NCBI GenBank assembly: GCA_963783305.1
Contig: CAWAMW010000011.1
Location: forward strand, 1-64,000
Length of the DNA stretch: 64,000 nt
Origin: an uncultured Gemmatimonadales bacterium
GTDB lineage: Bacteria; Gemmatimonadota; Gemmatimonadetes; Longimicrobiales; RSA9
Direction: 5' to 3'
Both the position numbers and the translations under genes were made by a program. Shown here piece after piece: positions 50,101 to 59,302 of this stretch (positions within the stretch are counted from its first letter, which is position 1; each line of letters opens with the position of its first letter). The notes beneath the pieces are model-generated. The model made no database searches, had not been told where the DNA came from, and worked only from the letters and a program-made list of their open reading frames with translations.

Positions 50101-50296
50101 CGCCAACCACGTGCTCACCCTGACCCGGGACCTCCACCGCTGGCAGGCCAACTTCGACTTTGTGAAGGCCCAGAACGGGAACTTCCTCTTCAGCTTCCGG
50201 GTGCAGCTGCGCGACAACCCGGACCTCAAGCTCGATTACGATCAGCGCGAGGGACCGGCGGATCGGGGGGCGCGGCTGCCGCGCAGGACGCAATAG
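47093..50296 (+). CDS. LptD-like LPS-assembly outer-membrane protein
   Basis: FTSCDLEHPHY, VPVFWLP, RRSGLLMP, LTRDLHRWQANF; in-frame GTG 47093 with GGAGGAG upstream. Confidence 0.85.
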   Translation: MDRSVASGSETGSGRCARPGAGGSRAWLPVILGLGLALAPTAVFAQQPGLAGDTTVVGDTVPSDTTLTTRERALARLRAMRVDPVQPDTTVPDSAAEAMDDEAMAAESADTGAAEIVVQSDTAPGVAEPRSTPDDPLRRPLPARDLLLEPDDSLGVFTDDTPSVDRVMVEDSLRTLLRSLAGYQVTEYAGEAAVYSTETRQLEIRGSPSVGRGGEGLAADSLLVYEGDSGIVCGYGSPVLSGGNQAPVESDELCFNIERNIGVAVGARTKFQQGATWYVRGADNRVYLLTGGEKNSLYGERAQFTSCDLEHPHYTFKARSLKMVEGDMMVARNITLEFEDVPVFWLPWMVQSMKRDRRSGLLMPEFGVNEIVRNNSGYNRSLSNLGFYWAINDYASAKGTFEWYSNNWTAVEGALTYRWLRQFLQGNLTAKQYWRQQEGLAGGGSRELTINTSNSWQPDERTRMQLNANYATSTQFVQDNSFNPRELNRKITSTASVNRSFDWGSMSLGADRSEQISTGQVDWKLPGLALNISPVTLWRPSEGLGLTWNGSGNVTNRTRNVPDTLGTRDTRTLDATYSQGLSFGKLGLSQSVTWHDEAVQGPSAAPDIPGFSGGLDGIGIGVVDRVGSAGFRLDEDRDQRLGWSTSLSYQQVLWSGTVVSPSVSINGNQIRDDRTLGDFVAEPNRISAGATLNTSVYGFWPGFGNFSRIRHKIAPTLRWSYSPAPTYSALQEDIFGVRNLREQNRLSLSFNQTFEAKVREEATPDTNAVADTASAGAGGEPSAGEPRRLPQAEKVLLLALDTRTSFVYDFVAASEEGRGFLTEDIQNSIRSDLLRGFQLSMGHSLFAKEPATEGQLQPRRFDPYLTDLSASFSIDNDFWLFDFLGLTSSSDGPAGPGADAATVDPEAEGVANSEDPEVGAESDPDQTSGPGSIIPNRGPQDEMRSGVGGWRAALNYSFRRSRPTATRTETGENQLLSGNVSFQPTELWSLRWSTAYSITDSEFANHVLTLTRDLHRWQANFDFVKAQNGNFLFSFRVQLRDNPDLKLDYDQREGPADRGARLPRRTQ

Positions 50297-50297
50297 C

Positions 50298-51833
50298 ATG
50301 GATACACTTGAGCTCTACGGCGATCGACTCGCCCTCGAGGACATCGAGCGCGTGGCGTACCGCGACGATCTGCGCGTGGCCCTCGCGAGCGCCGCACGGC
50401 CGGGGATCGATGCCGCCCGCGCCGTGGTGGACCGCGCCGTCGAGGAGGGCCGGGTCGTGTACGGCCTCACCACAGGGTTCGGCGCCCTGGCGGAAGTGGT
50501 CATCCCGGCCGACCGCATTGCGGAGCTTCAGGAGAACCTGATCCGGAGCCACGCCGCAGGGGTGGGCGAGCCGCTGCCCGAGGCCGAGGTGCGGGCCATC
50601 ATGCTGCTCCGCGCCAACGTGCTGGCCCTCGGCCATTCCGGCGTGCGGCCGCACGTCATTGAGCGGATCCTGGACCTCCTCAACCACCGCATCCACCCGG
50701 TTGTCCCGTCCCGCGGCAGTGTGGGCGCGTCGGGCGACCTGGCGCCGCTCTCGCACATCGCGCTGGCGCTGATGGGCGAGGGGTGGGTCACGGTCGACGG
50801 CGTGCGGAGGGAGGCGGCCGAGGCCATGGCCGCCGCGGGGATCGAGCCGGTCCAGCTCGCGGCCAAGGAGGGGCTGGCACTCAACAACGGCACCCAGGCC
50901 ATGACGGGTGTGGGCTCGCTCGCGCTCCTTGCGGCCGAGCGCGCGGTGGAGACCGCCGAAGTGGCCGGCGCCATGAGCCTGGAGGCGCTGAAGGGTACGC
51001 CCAGTCCGTTCGATGAGGCGATCCAGCGGGTTCGACCGCAGCCGGGTCAGCATACGAGCGCGGAGCGGCTGCGATCGCTGCTTGCGGGCTCCGAGATCCG
51101 GGAGTCGCACAGGGAAGGCGATCCCCGCGTTCAGGACGCGTACTCGTTGCGCTGCATGCCCCAGGTGCACGGCGCGGCGCGGCAGGCGTTCCGCTACGTG
51201 CGGGAAGTGCTGGAGGTGGAGGCGAACAGCGCCACGGACAACCCCCTCATATTCCCGGATCCCGAGCGGCCGGGGGAGGGGCGGATCCTGAGCGGCGGCA
51301 ATTTCCACGGCCAGCCGGTGGCCCAGGTGCTCGATCTGCTCACCATGGCGTGCGCCGACCTGGCGTCCATCAGCGAGCGCCGTCTGGCCCGACTCGTCGA
51401 TCCGGCGCTCTCCGGTCTCCCCGCGTTCCTGTCGCCGGACCCGGGCACGAACTCCGGGTTCATGATCCCGCAGATCGCGGCCGCGAGCCTCGTGAACGAG
51501 ATCAAGCTGCTGGCCACGCCCGCGTCGGTGGACTCCATCCCCACCGACGCGAACAAGGAGGACCACGTGTCCATGGGGATGACCGCCGCTCGGCAGGCAC
51601 GCGACGCCGTCGCGCTCCTGGAGACCGTTCTCGCCCTCGAGCTCCTCGCCGCCGCGCAGGGCCTCGACTTCCTCCGCCCGCTGGAGCCCGGTCGCGGCGT
51701 GGCCGCCGCTCGCGACGCCATCCGCCGGTCGGTCGAGCCCCTCGGCCGCGACCGCGTAATGGGCCCCGACATCGAGGCCCTCGAGCGCCTCGTGAGGGAG
51801 GGCGCGTTCGCGCGGCTCTGGGACGCCGGCTGA
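50298..51833 (+). CDS. hutH: Histidine ammonia-lyase
   Basis: VYGLTTGFG, GSVGASGDLAPL (MIO), QDAYSLRC, GGNFHG, EDHVSMG. Confidence 0.98.
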   Translation: MDTLELYGDRLALEDIERVAYRDDLRVALASAARPGIDAARAVVDRAVEEGRVVYGLTTGFGALAEVVIPADRIAELQENLIRSHAAGVGEPLPEAEVRAIMLLRANVLALGHSGVRPHVIERILDLLNHRIHPVVPSRGSVGASGDLAPLSHIALALMGEGWVTVDGVRREAAEAMAAAGIEPVQLAAKEGLALNNGTQAMTGVGSLALLAAERAVETAEVAGAMSLEALKGTPSPFDEAIQRVRPQPGQHTSAERLRSLLAGSEIRESHREGDPRVQDAYSLRCMPQVHGAARQAFRYVREVLEVEANSATDNPLIFPDPERPGEGRILSGGNFHGQPVAQVLDLLTMACADLASISERRLARLVDPALSGLPAFLSPDPGTNSGFMIPQIAAASLVNEIKLLATPASVDSIPTDANKEDHVSMGMTAARQARDAVALLETVLALELLAAAQGLDFLRPLEPGRGVAAARDAIRRSVEPLGRDRVMGPDIEALERLVREGAFARLWDAG

Positions 51834-51887
51834 CCGGCTCCGAGGCCGCACACGACCGCTTAACCCAACTCCAACCGACAGTCGACC

Positions 51888-53096
51888 ATGCTCATATTCA
51901 GGAATGCCGCGCAGGTGGTGACGTGCGAGACGGCCGACGAGAGCGCCGTACTCGACGGCGCCGCCGTCGTCGTGGACGACGGTGAAATCCTGGCGGTGGG
52001 ACCGGAGCGCGAGCTCGAGGCCCGGTACGCGGACGCGGAGCGCGTGGACTGCGCCGGTGGCGTGCTGACGCCGGGACTGGTCGATTCCCACACGCACGCG
52101 GTCTTCGGCCGCTGGCGAGCGGACGAGTACGCGCTCCGGAGCCAGGGCGTGCCGTACATGGAGATCGCCCGGCGCGGCGGTGGCATCAACGCGTCCGTCC
52201 GGGACCTGCGGGAGCGGTCGGAGGAGGAGCTGGTGGAGCTGACGCGGCCCCGGGTGCGCGACCTCGGATCCTTCGGAGCGACCACGATCGAGGTCAAGAG
52301 CGGCTATGGCCTGACCACGGCCGACGAGCTGAAGATGCTGCGGGTGATCCGCCGGCTGAACGAGGAGGGGCCCGTCGACCTGGTGCCCACCTTCCTCGGG
52401 GCCCACGAGACGCCCCCGGAGCTGGCCGGCCGCGCCGACGCGTACGTGGACCTCCTCATCTCGGAGATGATCCCCGCCGTTGCGGCCGAGGGGCTCGCCC
52501 GGTTCTGTGATGTGTTCATGGAGCCCGGCGTGTTCGACGCCCGGCAGACCCGCCGGGTCCTGGAAGCGGGGCTGGAGCACGGGCTCGTCCCCAAGCTGCA
52601 CGCAGACGAGATCGAGAGCTCGGGCGGAGCGGAGCTCGGGGCGGACATGGGGGCCGCATCGGTCGACCATCTGGGCGCCATCAGCCAGCGCGGGATCGAC
52701 GCGCTGGCGGGCTCCACCACCGTCGCCACCCTCCTCCCAGGCACCCTCTTCTTCCTGGGTAGCAAGCGCTACGCCCCCGCACGGGCGCTCCTCGACGCGG
52801 GCGCCACCGTCGCCCTGGCCACGGACTTCAATCCCGGCTCGTCCACGACGCCGAACCTGCCGCTCGTCATGACCATCGCCTGCTCCCAGATGGGCATGAG
52901 CCCGCTGGAGGCGCTCGTGGCCGTCACGCAGGGTGGCGCCCGCGCCCTCCAGCTCGACGACGGACGGGGCGTCATCCGGGAGGGCGCTCCCGCCGACCTG
53001 GTCGTCTGGGACACCCACGACCATCGGGAGATTCCCTACCGGTACGGGGTCCGGCTCGCCCGCAGCATCTGGAAGGGGGGGCGGAAGGTGGCCTGA
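51888..53096 (+). CDS. hutI: Imidazolonepropionase
   Basis: DSHTH, EVKSGYGL, FLGAH, LHADE, ATDFNPGS. Confidence 0.97.
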   Translation: MLIFRNAAQVVTCETADESAVLDGAAVVVDDGEILAVGPERELEARYADAERVDCAGGVLTPGLVDSHTHAVFGRWRADEYALRSQGVPYMEIARRGGGINASVRDLRERSEEELVELTRPRVRDLGSFGATTIEVKSGYGLTTADELKMLRVIRRLNEEGPVDLVPTFLGAHETPPELAGRADAYVDLLISEMIPAVAAEGLARFCDVFMEPGVFDARQTRRVLEAGLEHGLVPKLHADEIESSGGAELGADMGAASVDHLGAISQRGIDALAGSTTVATLLPGTLFFLGSKRYAPARALLDAGATVALATDFNPGSSTTPNLPLVMTIACSQMGMSPLEALVAVTQGGARALQLDDGRGVIREGAPADLVVWDTHDHREIPYRYGVRLARSIWKGGRKVA

Positions 53097-53324
53097 GCGC
53101 TTGTTCCCCGCCCCGGGCGCACCTATCTTCCCACGGTCGAAAACGCCGCAATCGCGAGCGTGACGCTCACGAAGTGCGGACGGAGATCCGGGAGCACCGG
53201 GGCGGGCACACGGGAGTGCGGCCCAGGGAGCTCCCGTTTGTACCCCCGGCAGCAGGCGGGGGCGGCCACGCGGCGAGCGGGCGCGATCAGCGACTGGCGG
53301 AGAGCAGCGTTCGATGGGGATAGC

Positions 53325-55541
53325 ATGGCGGCAATCGGAAAACTGAAGGACCGGGCTCGGAAGCACGAGCAGAAGGAGGAGTGGCAGTCCGCCATCGTGG
53401 CCTACCAGGAGGTCCTCGACAAGGAGGCGGAGTCCGAGGAGGTGGAGGTGGAGCTCAGCCTCTATAACCGGATCGGCGACCTGCACCTCCGTATGGGCCA
53501 GATGCACGAGGCGGTCTCGTACTACGAGACGGCCGCGGACAAGTACGCCGAATCGGGGTTCCTGAACAACGCCATCGCTCTCTGCAACAAGGCGCTCCGC
53601 CACCACCCGGACCGTCCCCAAACCTACCTCAAGCTCAGCCGACTCTGCGCGGAGCAGGGCTTTCAGACCGACGCTCGCCGCTGGATCCTCGAATATTCCG
53701 AGCGCCAGATGAAAGCCGGCCGCGTCGAGGATGCGCTCACCGGACTCGAGAACTTCGCCGACCTTTCTGACGACGCCGAGATCCGCGAGAGGCTGGCCCA
53801 GCAGCTCGTCGTACACGACCGTCCCGATGAAGCGGTCCAGCAGCTGCGCCATGCCTACACCCTCCGGTCGCGCAACGGCGAGGTCGAGGCCGCCGAAGCC
53901 GCCCTGGACCAGGCGCGCCAGATCGATCCGACCGCCAATTTCGACGACGCGACAGAGCCCGCCGCCCGGGTCGATGGGTGGAACCACTCCGCCGGCGCCG
54001 ACGAGACGGTCGACGAAGCGGTCAACGAGACGGTCAACGAGACGGTCAACGAGACGGTCAACGAGACGGCCGCGGAGGCCGGTCTGGCCGGTCTCGAGAC
54101 TCGGCGCGATGACCCCGTCGAAGCCGATTCCGCCCATCTCGAACTGGATGGCCTCGAGACCGCCGCGGCCGGGCCGGTCGAGCCGGATGAAGAGGACACC
54201 GACCCGGGCTCCCTTTCCGGTCTCGAAGTGTCCCACTCTGTGCAGGACCCGGACGCGGCGCCCGAAGAGGATGAGCTGCCCGCGCTCGGTGGACTGCAGA
54301 CGTTCGACCGCGGTGCGGCCGAGGGGGAGGACGCGCCGGAGCTCGAGGACGAATTCGACGACGAGGAAGAGCCGGAGCCGCTCCCCCTGCTCGACAACGC
54401 CTATGACGGCGACCCGGAGGAAGCGTTCGGGACGGGGGAGGCCCTGGACGCGGCGGACGACGAGGAGCCGGAGCCGCTCCCCCTGCTGGACACAGGCTTC
54501 GACGAGGAGCCCGAAGACGATCTCACCGGGGAGCAGGTATCGCTCGAGCCGTCGTCGGATGCCATGGACCTCGACCTCGAATCGTTCGACCTGGGGATGG
54601 GAATCCAGGAGGAGCAATCCGAAGCCGAGACCGGGGATACCGACGTCGACGTGGAGACGGTGCTCCAGCGGGGCCGTGACCTCGTCAGCCGGGGGCTCGT
54701 GAACGAAGCGCTGCTCGAGCTCCGCGTTCTGTCCGGCAGGGACAGCGACATGGAGGTGGTCCGCGAGGCGCTGGCCATCGTCAACGAGATCGTCCGCGAG
54801 GAGCCGAATCACATTGAAGCCCTCCAGCGGCGGGTCGAGTACTCTGAGCTGACGGAGGAGCGGGATCTCCTGGCAAAGGCCTACCTCGACCTGGCCGACG
54901 CGCTGGCCCGGCTCGGTGCGGAGACCAGGGCGCAGGCCATGTACGAGCGCGCCCTGGCTCTCGACCCCGGCAACCGCGCCGCGCGGGAGGCGCTCGGCAC
55001 CGCCGCCGACGAGGGAGCCGAGGCGATCGATCTCGACACCGTTCTGCGGGAGATGGAGCCGGAGGAGATCGCCGAACGGACGCGGCAGCCGGAAGCGCCC
55101 GGGGAGGGCGACGACCCGGACCCGAGCTTTGAGGCCATGCTCTCTCAGTTCAAGGCGAAGGTCACCGACCGGCCGCCCCGGTCCGACAATGCGGGCGATC
55201 ACTACGACCTGGGCCTCGCCTTCAAGGAGATGGGCCTCATCGACGAGGCCATCGCCGAGTTCCAGACGGCGCTGATGGGCGGCACTGAGCGGCTGAAGGT
55301 CTACGAAGAGCTCGGCCAGTGCTTCATGCAGAAGAAGCAGTTCACCGTGGCACTCAAGGTGCTCAGCAGGGCCCTCCAGGTGACCCACACCGCGGAGTCG
55401 GAGCTGCTGGGCGTGTACTATCACATGGGACGGTGTCACGAAGAGCTGGGCCAGCGGGCGGAGGCCCGGGAGGCGTACGAGAAGGTGCTGGCCCTGGACG
55501 AGAGCTTTCAGGACGTTCCGGAACGGATGACTCGCCTGTGA
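53325..55541 (+). CDS. TPR protein with long acidic linker
   Basis: N-terminal TPRs, D/E-rich middle, C-terminal HYDLGLAFKEMGLIDEAIAEFQ TPR domain. Confidence 0.88.
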   Translation: MAAIGKLKDRARKHEQKEEWQSAIVAYQEVLDKEAESEEVEVELSLYNRIGDLHLRMGQMHEAVSYYETAADKYAESGFLNNAIALCNKALRHHPDRPQTYLKLSRLCAEQGFQTDARRWILEYSERQMKAGRVEDALTGLENFADLSDDAEIRERLAQQLVVHDRPDEAVQQLRHAYTLRSRNGEVEAAEAALDQARQIDPTANFDDATEPAARVDGWNHSAGADETVDEAVNETVNETVNETVNETAAEAGLAGLETRRDDPVEADSAHLELDGLETAAAGPVEPDEEDTDPGSLSGLEVSHSVQDPDAAPEEDELPALGGLQTFDRGAAEGEDAPELEDEFDDEEEPEPLPLLDNAYDGDPEEAFGTGEALDAADDEEPEPLPLLDTGFDEEPEDDLTGEQVSLEPSSDAMDLDLESFDLGMGIQEEQSEAETGDTDVDVETVLQRGRDLVSRGLVNEALLELRVLSGRDSDMEVVREALAIVNEIVREEPNHIEALQRRVEYSELTEERDLLAKAYLDLADALARLGAETRAQAMYERALALDPGNRAAREALGTAADEGAEAIDLDTVLREMEPEEIAERTRQPEAPGEGDDPDPSFEAMLSQFKAKVTDRPPRSDNAGDHYDLGLAFKEMGLIDEAIAEFQTALMGGTERLKVYEELGQCFMQKKQFTVALKVLSRALQVTHTAESELLGVYYHMGRCHEELGQRAEAREAYEKVLALDESFQDVPERMTRL
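54003..54070 (+). repeat. 12-bp coding tandem repeat (ETVN)
   Basis: GAGACGGTCAAC x3 perfect plus degenerate copies. Confidence 0.9.
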
Positions 55542-56548
55542 AGTCCGACCGCGCGCAGACGCTCCCAGTGTCCCGGGCGCGCCTGGAGCAGATCCAGGCG
55601 CCCGTCACGGACGCGCTGGATCGAGTGGTCGATGAGATCCGCCGGGTCGTCGTGGCTGAGTTCCCGCCCATCCAGGAGGTCAACGACTACCTGGCCCTCG
55701 CCAGGGGCAAGCTCTTCCGGCCGACCCTCCTCCTTCTCGCCAATCAGGTGGGGGACAGCGGCGGACACGAGCGGGCGGCAACGCTCGGCGCGATCATCGA
55801 GCTGCTCCACATGGCCACCCTCGTCCACGACGACGCCGTCGACCACTCCGTGCTCCGCAGGGGGATGCCCACGGTCAACGCCCTCTGGAACTACCAGTCG
55901 GCCATCATCATGGGCGACTATCTCTACAGTCGCGCGGTCACGGAGCTCGCGGAGTTCGGGCGCACCGACCTCATCCAGGTCCTGGCGCGCGCGGCGAACG
56001 AAATGAGCGTCGGAGAGATGCGCCAGCTCGTGTCCGCCGACGCGATCGCCTTCGATGAGGACGACTACTACCGACTCATCCGCGCCAAGACCGCCTCCCT
56101 CATGTCGGCCGCCTGCGAGCTGGGCGCCATGGCCGGGGATCCCCGGTACCGCACGCCGCTCACCGAGTTCGGCCATCACGTGGGCATGGCGTTCCAGATC
56201 GCCGACGACCTCCTGGACTACACCGCCACTGAGGCGGCCACCGGAAAGCCGACCGGGCACGATTTGCGCGAGCATAAGATGACGATCCCGCTCATTGCCG
56301 CCCTCGAGCAGATGGACGCGGCGGCCCGGCGCGAGGTGGAGCATTTCTTCGCGGATCCGGAGCCCACCGATGGGGGCATCCGGCGTGTGATCGAGCTGAG
56401 CAGGGAATACGGTGGCCTGGAGTATGCCCGGGCTCGTGCCGTAGAGTTCGGGGACCGCGCCATGCAGTGCGTCGAGAGCCTGCCCCAGGGGGCGGCTACC
56501 GCTGCCCTCGGCGCGGCGGTCCGATACGTGGTTGAACGCAGAAGCTGA
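55538..56548 (+). CDS. Polyprenyl diphosphate synthase
   Basis: GKLFRP, LVHDDAVD..RRG, KTA, FQIADDLLD. Confidence 0.95.
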   Translation: MKSDRAQTLPVSRARLEQIQAPVTDALDRVVDEIRRVVVAEFPPIQEVNDYLALARGKLFRPTLLLLANQVGDSGGHERAATLGAIIELLHMATLVHDDAVDHSVLRRGMPTVNALWNYQSAIIMGDYLYSRAVTELAEFGRTDLIQVLARAANEMSVGEMRQLVSADAIAFDEDDYYRLIRAKTASLMSAACELGAMAGDPRYRTPLTEFGHHVGMAFQIADDLLDYTATEAATGKPTGHDLREHKMTIPLIAALEQMDAAARREVEHFFADPEPTDGGIRRVIELSREYGGLEYARARAVEFGDRAMQCVESLPQGAATAALGAAVRYVVERRS

Positions 56549-56581
56549 TGAGAGAGAGCCCGCAGTGAGTGAGGTACTTTG

Positions 56582-56860
56582 ATGTTGGGATCACGACGAC
56601 GCGCTTTCCCCCGCATGGTGTGGGCGGTCCTTATCGGGCTGTTCCTCGGCGCGCTGTTCACCAAGCTGGCCACCCGCTACCTTCCAGATAGCGCGGGACG
56701 GGAGTTCCTGACCACGACGGCTTCGGCATCGATCGGGCCGCTGGGGGTCGACCTGGTGGCGGTCGCGTTCGTGATCGGCCCCCTCGTCCTGAACCTGAAC
56801 GTGCTGAGCCTGATCGGGATCCTGATCGTGGCTCTGGTGATGCGCTCCTGGTGGTTCTAG
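56582..56860 (+). CDS. Small membrane protein (DUF4321-like)
   Basis: Hydrophobic segments; IGPLGVDL...LNLNVLSLIGI pattern. Confidence 0.7.
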   Translation: MLGSRRRAFPRMVWAVLIGLFLGALFTKLATRYLPDSAGREFLTTTASASIGPLGVDLVAVAFVIGPLVLNLNVLSLIGILIVALVMRSWWF

Positions 56861-56884
56861 TGGCGGAAAACGGAGGAATGACCT

Positions 56885-57187
56885 ATGGGGTTTGGTAGCG
56901 TGGGCGTGTGGGAGGTGATCCTCATCCTCGCCGTACTCCTCCTGGTGTTCGGCGCCAAGCGGCTGCCGGAGATCGGAGCGGCGCTGGGGAAGGGGATCCG
57001 TGAGTTCAAGGGGTCCGTGCGCGACATCGAGAGCGAGATCAATCGCCCGCCCGACCGCCGCGGCGACCTGCCTCGCTCCGAGGCCCCTCGCGCCGAGCCG
57101 CGGCCGGAGCCCCGCGTCGAGGAGCCCCGCGTCGAGGAGCCCGCCCGGCCCCGCGCCGACGACGAGGCGCAGCGCCCCCCCGAGTAG
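56885..57187 (+). CDS. tatA: Twin-arginine translocase subunit TatA/E
   Basis: GVWEVILILAVLLLVFGAKRLPEIGAALGKGIREFK. Confidence 0.95.
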   Translation: MGFGSVGVWEVILILAVLLLVFGAKRLPEIGAALGKGIREFKGSVRDIESEINRPPDRRGDLPRSEAPRAEPRPEPRVEEPRVEEPARPRADDEAQRPPE

Positions 57188-57219
57188 ACCTGCGGCGGGT
57201 CAGGGTCAGGCGGAGAAAG

Positions 57220-57260
57220 AAGAAGCGCCCCGGACGGTCGAACCGTCCGGGGCGCTTCTT
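57220..57260. terminator. Hairpin between convergent tatA and PPIase genes; probable bidirectional terminator
   Basis: AAGAAGCGCCCCGGACGGT-CGA-ACCGTCCGGGGCGCTTCTT. Confidence 0.75.
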
Positions 57261-57296
57261 GCTCGTGCGGGCAGGACCCGATCGGCGCCGCCAGCG

Positions 57297-59108
57297 TCAG
57301 GCGCTGGTGGGCCGGAGCACCTCATCCCGCTGGTCCACCACCTCCGCTTCCTCGCGGAGCGCCTCCATGAACTCGTTGAGACGCTGGTTCTGGAGCGCCC
57401 CCATGATCTGCTGCCGCTGCTGCGGAAGCTGCGCCTGCCACGCCTCCCGGTCCGCCTCCGTCTGGCCCGTCACCTCGATGACGAAGAACCCATCCGGCGT
57501 CTCCAACAGACCGCTCACCTCTCCCACCTCGAGCCCGAAAGCCGCTCCGATCGCCGCGTTGCCGCTGCCCACGCCCGGCACGAAGTCCAGCCGCGTGAAC
57601 GGACCGGCCTCCCGGACCGGCATACCCGCCGCCGCGGCGGCCGCTTCGAGCGTCGCGTTGCCCTCGATCCGATCGACGACCTCCCGTCCAATGTCGTGCA
57701 ACCGCTCACGTTTCCGCTCGTTGCGCAGGATCGTCTCGATGGGCGCACGCGCCTCCTCCAGCGTGAGAGCCCGTGCTTCGTCGCGCTCCACCACCTCCAT
57801 GAGGTAGAACGACCGGTCGTTCTCGAAGATCTCGCTCACCTCTCCCACCGCCGGACGGCGCTCGAACACCCAGTCCACACCCTCGCTGATGCTGCCCACG
57901 CCCGGCATGTTCGGCAGCAAGGGCGTGAGCTCCATGCTCCGGACGTTGACCCCCATCTCCTCCGCGGCCGCCTCGAGCGACATCCGCTCCACCATGGCCT
58001 CCAGCGAGTCGACCCGGGCCAGCATCGCGTCCTCGCTCTCCAGCGTCCGCTCCACCGGCAGAAGGATGTGGGACACCTCCGCCGTCTCGTCTGTGCGCTC
58101 GTCCACCCGAATCAGGTGGTAGCCGAACTGCGTCAGGACCGGCTCCGTCACCTGCCCCACGGGCGCGTTCCAGACCGCCTCCTCGAACGCCGGCACCATC
58201 TGGCCGCGCCGGACCGTGCCGAGGTCGCCGCCCTGCGTGGCAGATCCCGGGTCCTGGCTGCGCTCGGCGGCGACGTCGGCGAAATCGGCGCCCGCGAGGA
58301 TACTCGACCGCACCTCGCGCGCGGCCGCCAGCGCCGCCGCCGTGTCCCCCGCCATCGGCCGCTTGTCGATGGCCACCACCCGGGCCTGGGCACGCGCGGG
58401 CCGTTCGAAATCGTCGCGGTTCTCGTTGTAGTACGCGGCGACCTCCCGGTCCTCGATACTCACTTCCGCATCCGTGATCGTCGCCAGAACCAGCGGGATG
58501 TAGCGCATGGACGCCGTCTCGTTCCGCTCACGATACAGCCGCCACAGCTCCCCCTCCGTCACCACCACACCGGCGCTCACCTGCTGGAACAGCTTGTTCC
58601 GCGGGATCACCCGCCGGTAGTACGCCTCCAGGTCCCGCAGCATCTGCGGGTCCGCCGAGGCCGACGCCATGAACTGGTGGTACTTGTCCAGGTCGAACTG
58701 GCCGTCGGTGAGGAAGATCTCGTTGTTCCGGAACTCGGGCGGCGGTGCGTATCGCGCCGCCTGCCGGATCTCCTCCTCCGTCACCTGTACGCCGCGGTGC
58801 GACAGCTCCTGGTCGATCAACCGGTCCATCACCAGCTGCTCGAACGCCTGATCCTCGAGCTGGCGGTTCTCCGCGGCGGTCACATCCCCGCGCTCCTGCT
58901 GCCGCTGGTTGTACAGACTCTGGTACACCTGGGTGTACTCGCCGTACGTGATCGCTGAGCCGTTGACCTTCCCGAGCTGACCGCCCGTGAGGGCCCCCGC
59001 GCTCTGCCCGCTCATGTCCATCCCCCACTCGAACACCATGAGCGCCACGAAGGCCAGCGCTGTCACCAGCATGATCCACTTCGTGTTCTCACGCATCTGC
59101 TGCATCAT
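57297..59108 (-). CDS. SurA/PpiD-type peptidyl-prolyl isomerase chaperone
   Basis: N-terminal TM anchor, SurA-N domain, rotamase motif FADVA..RSQDPGS..GGDLG...FGYHLI. Confidence 0.92.
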   Translation of the reverse strand: MMQQMRENTKWIMLVTALAFVALMVFEWGMDMSGQSAGALTGGQLGKVNGSAITYGEYTQVYQSLYNQRQQERGDVTAAENRQLEDQAFEQLVMDRLIDQELSHRGVQVTEEEIRQAARYAPPPEFRNNEIFLTDGQFDLDKYHQFMASASADPQMLRDLEAYYRRVIPRNKLFQQVSAGVVVTEGELWRLYRERNETASMRYIPLVLATITDAEVSIEDREVAAYYNENRDDFERPARAQARVVAIDKRPMAGDTAAALAAAREVRSSILAGADFADVAAERSQDPGSATQGGDLGTVRRGQMVPAFEEAVWNAPVGQVTEPVLTQFGYHLIRVDERTDETAEVSHILLPVERTLESEDAMLARVDSLEAMVERMSLEAAAEEMGVNVRSMELTPLLPNMPGVGSISEGVDWVFERRPAVGEVSEIFENDRSFYLMEVVERDEARALTLEEARAPIETILRNERKRERLHDIGREVVDRIEGNATLEAAAAAAGMPVREAGPFTRLDFVPGVGSGNAAIGAAFGLEVGEVSGLLETPDGFFVIEVTGQTEADREAWQAQLPQQRQQIMGALQNQRLNEFMEALREEAEVVDQRDEVLRPTSA

Positions 59109-59224
59109 ACGACCACGACTCCTCCGCTGGACGGCGATTCTCTTAGCACAAACGGTGAAAGATACAGGCGCGGAGCCCCCCCTTCAACCAGGGGCCACCC
59201 GACGGACGCCTCGCCCGTATCACG

Positions 59225-59254
59225 TTGACAGCCTCGCGCGACAGAATCTATCTT
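59225..59254 (+). promoter_or_regulatory. Possible sigma70 promoter
   Basis: TTGACA, 18 bp, TATCTT. Confidence 0.5.
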
Positions 59255-59302
59255 CCGTCCCTCACCGATGTTCCATGCCCGACGCGTCCCCAGGAGTAGT
59301 GG

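Noticed and set aside
50226..55439. Very long antisense ORF (1737 aa), and similar ones at 6852-10292, 19033-21807, 25771-28095, 33598-35568
   Set aside because: Shadow ORFs opposite well-supported genes, expected from high-GC codon bias; no recognisable motifs
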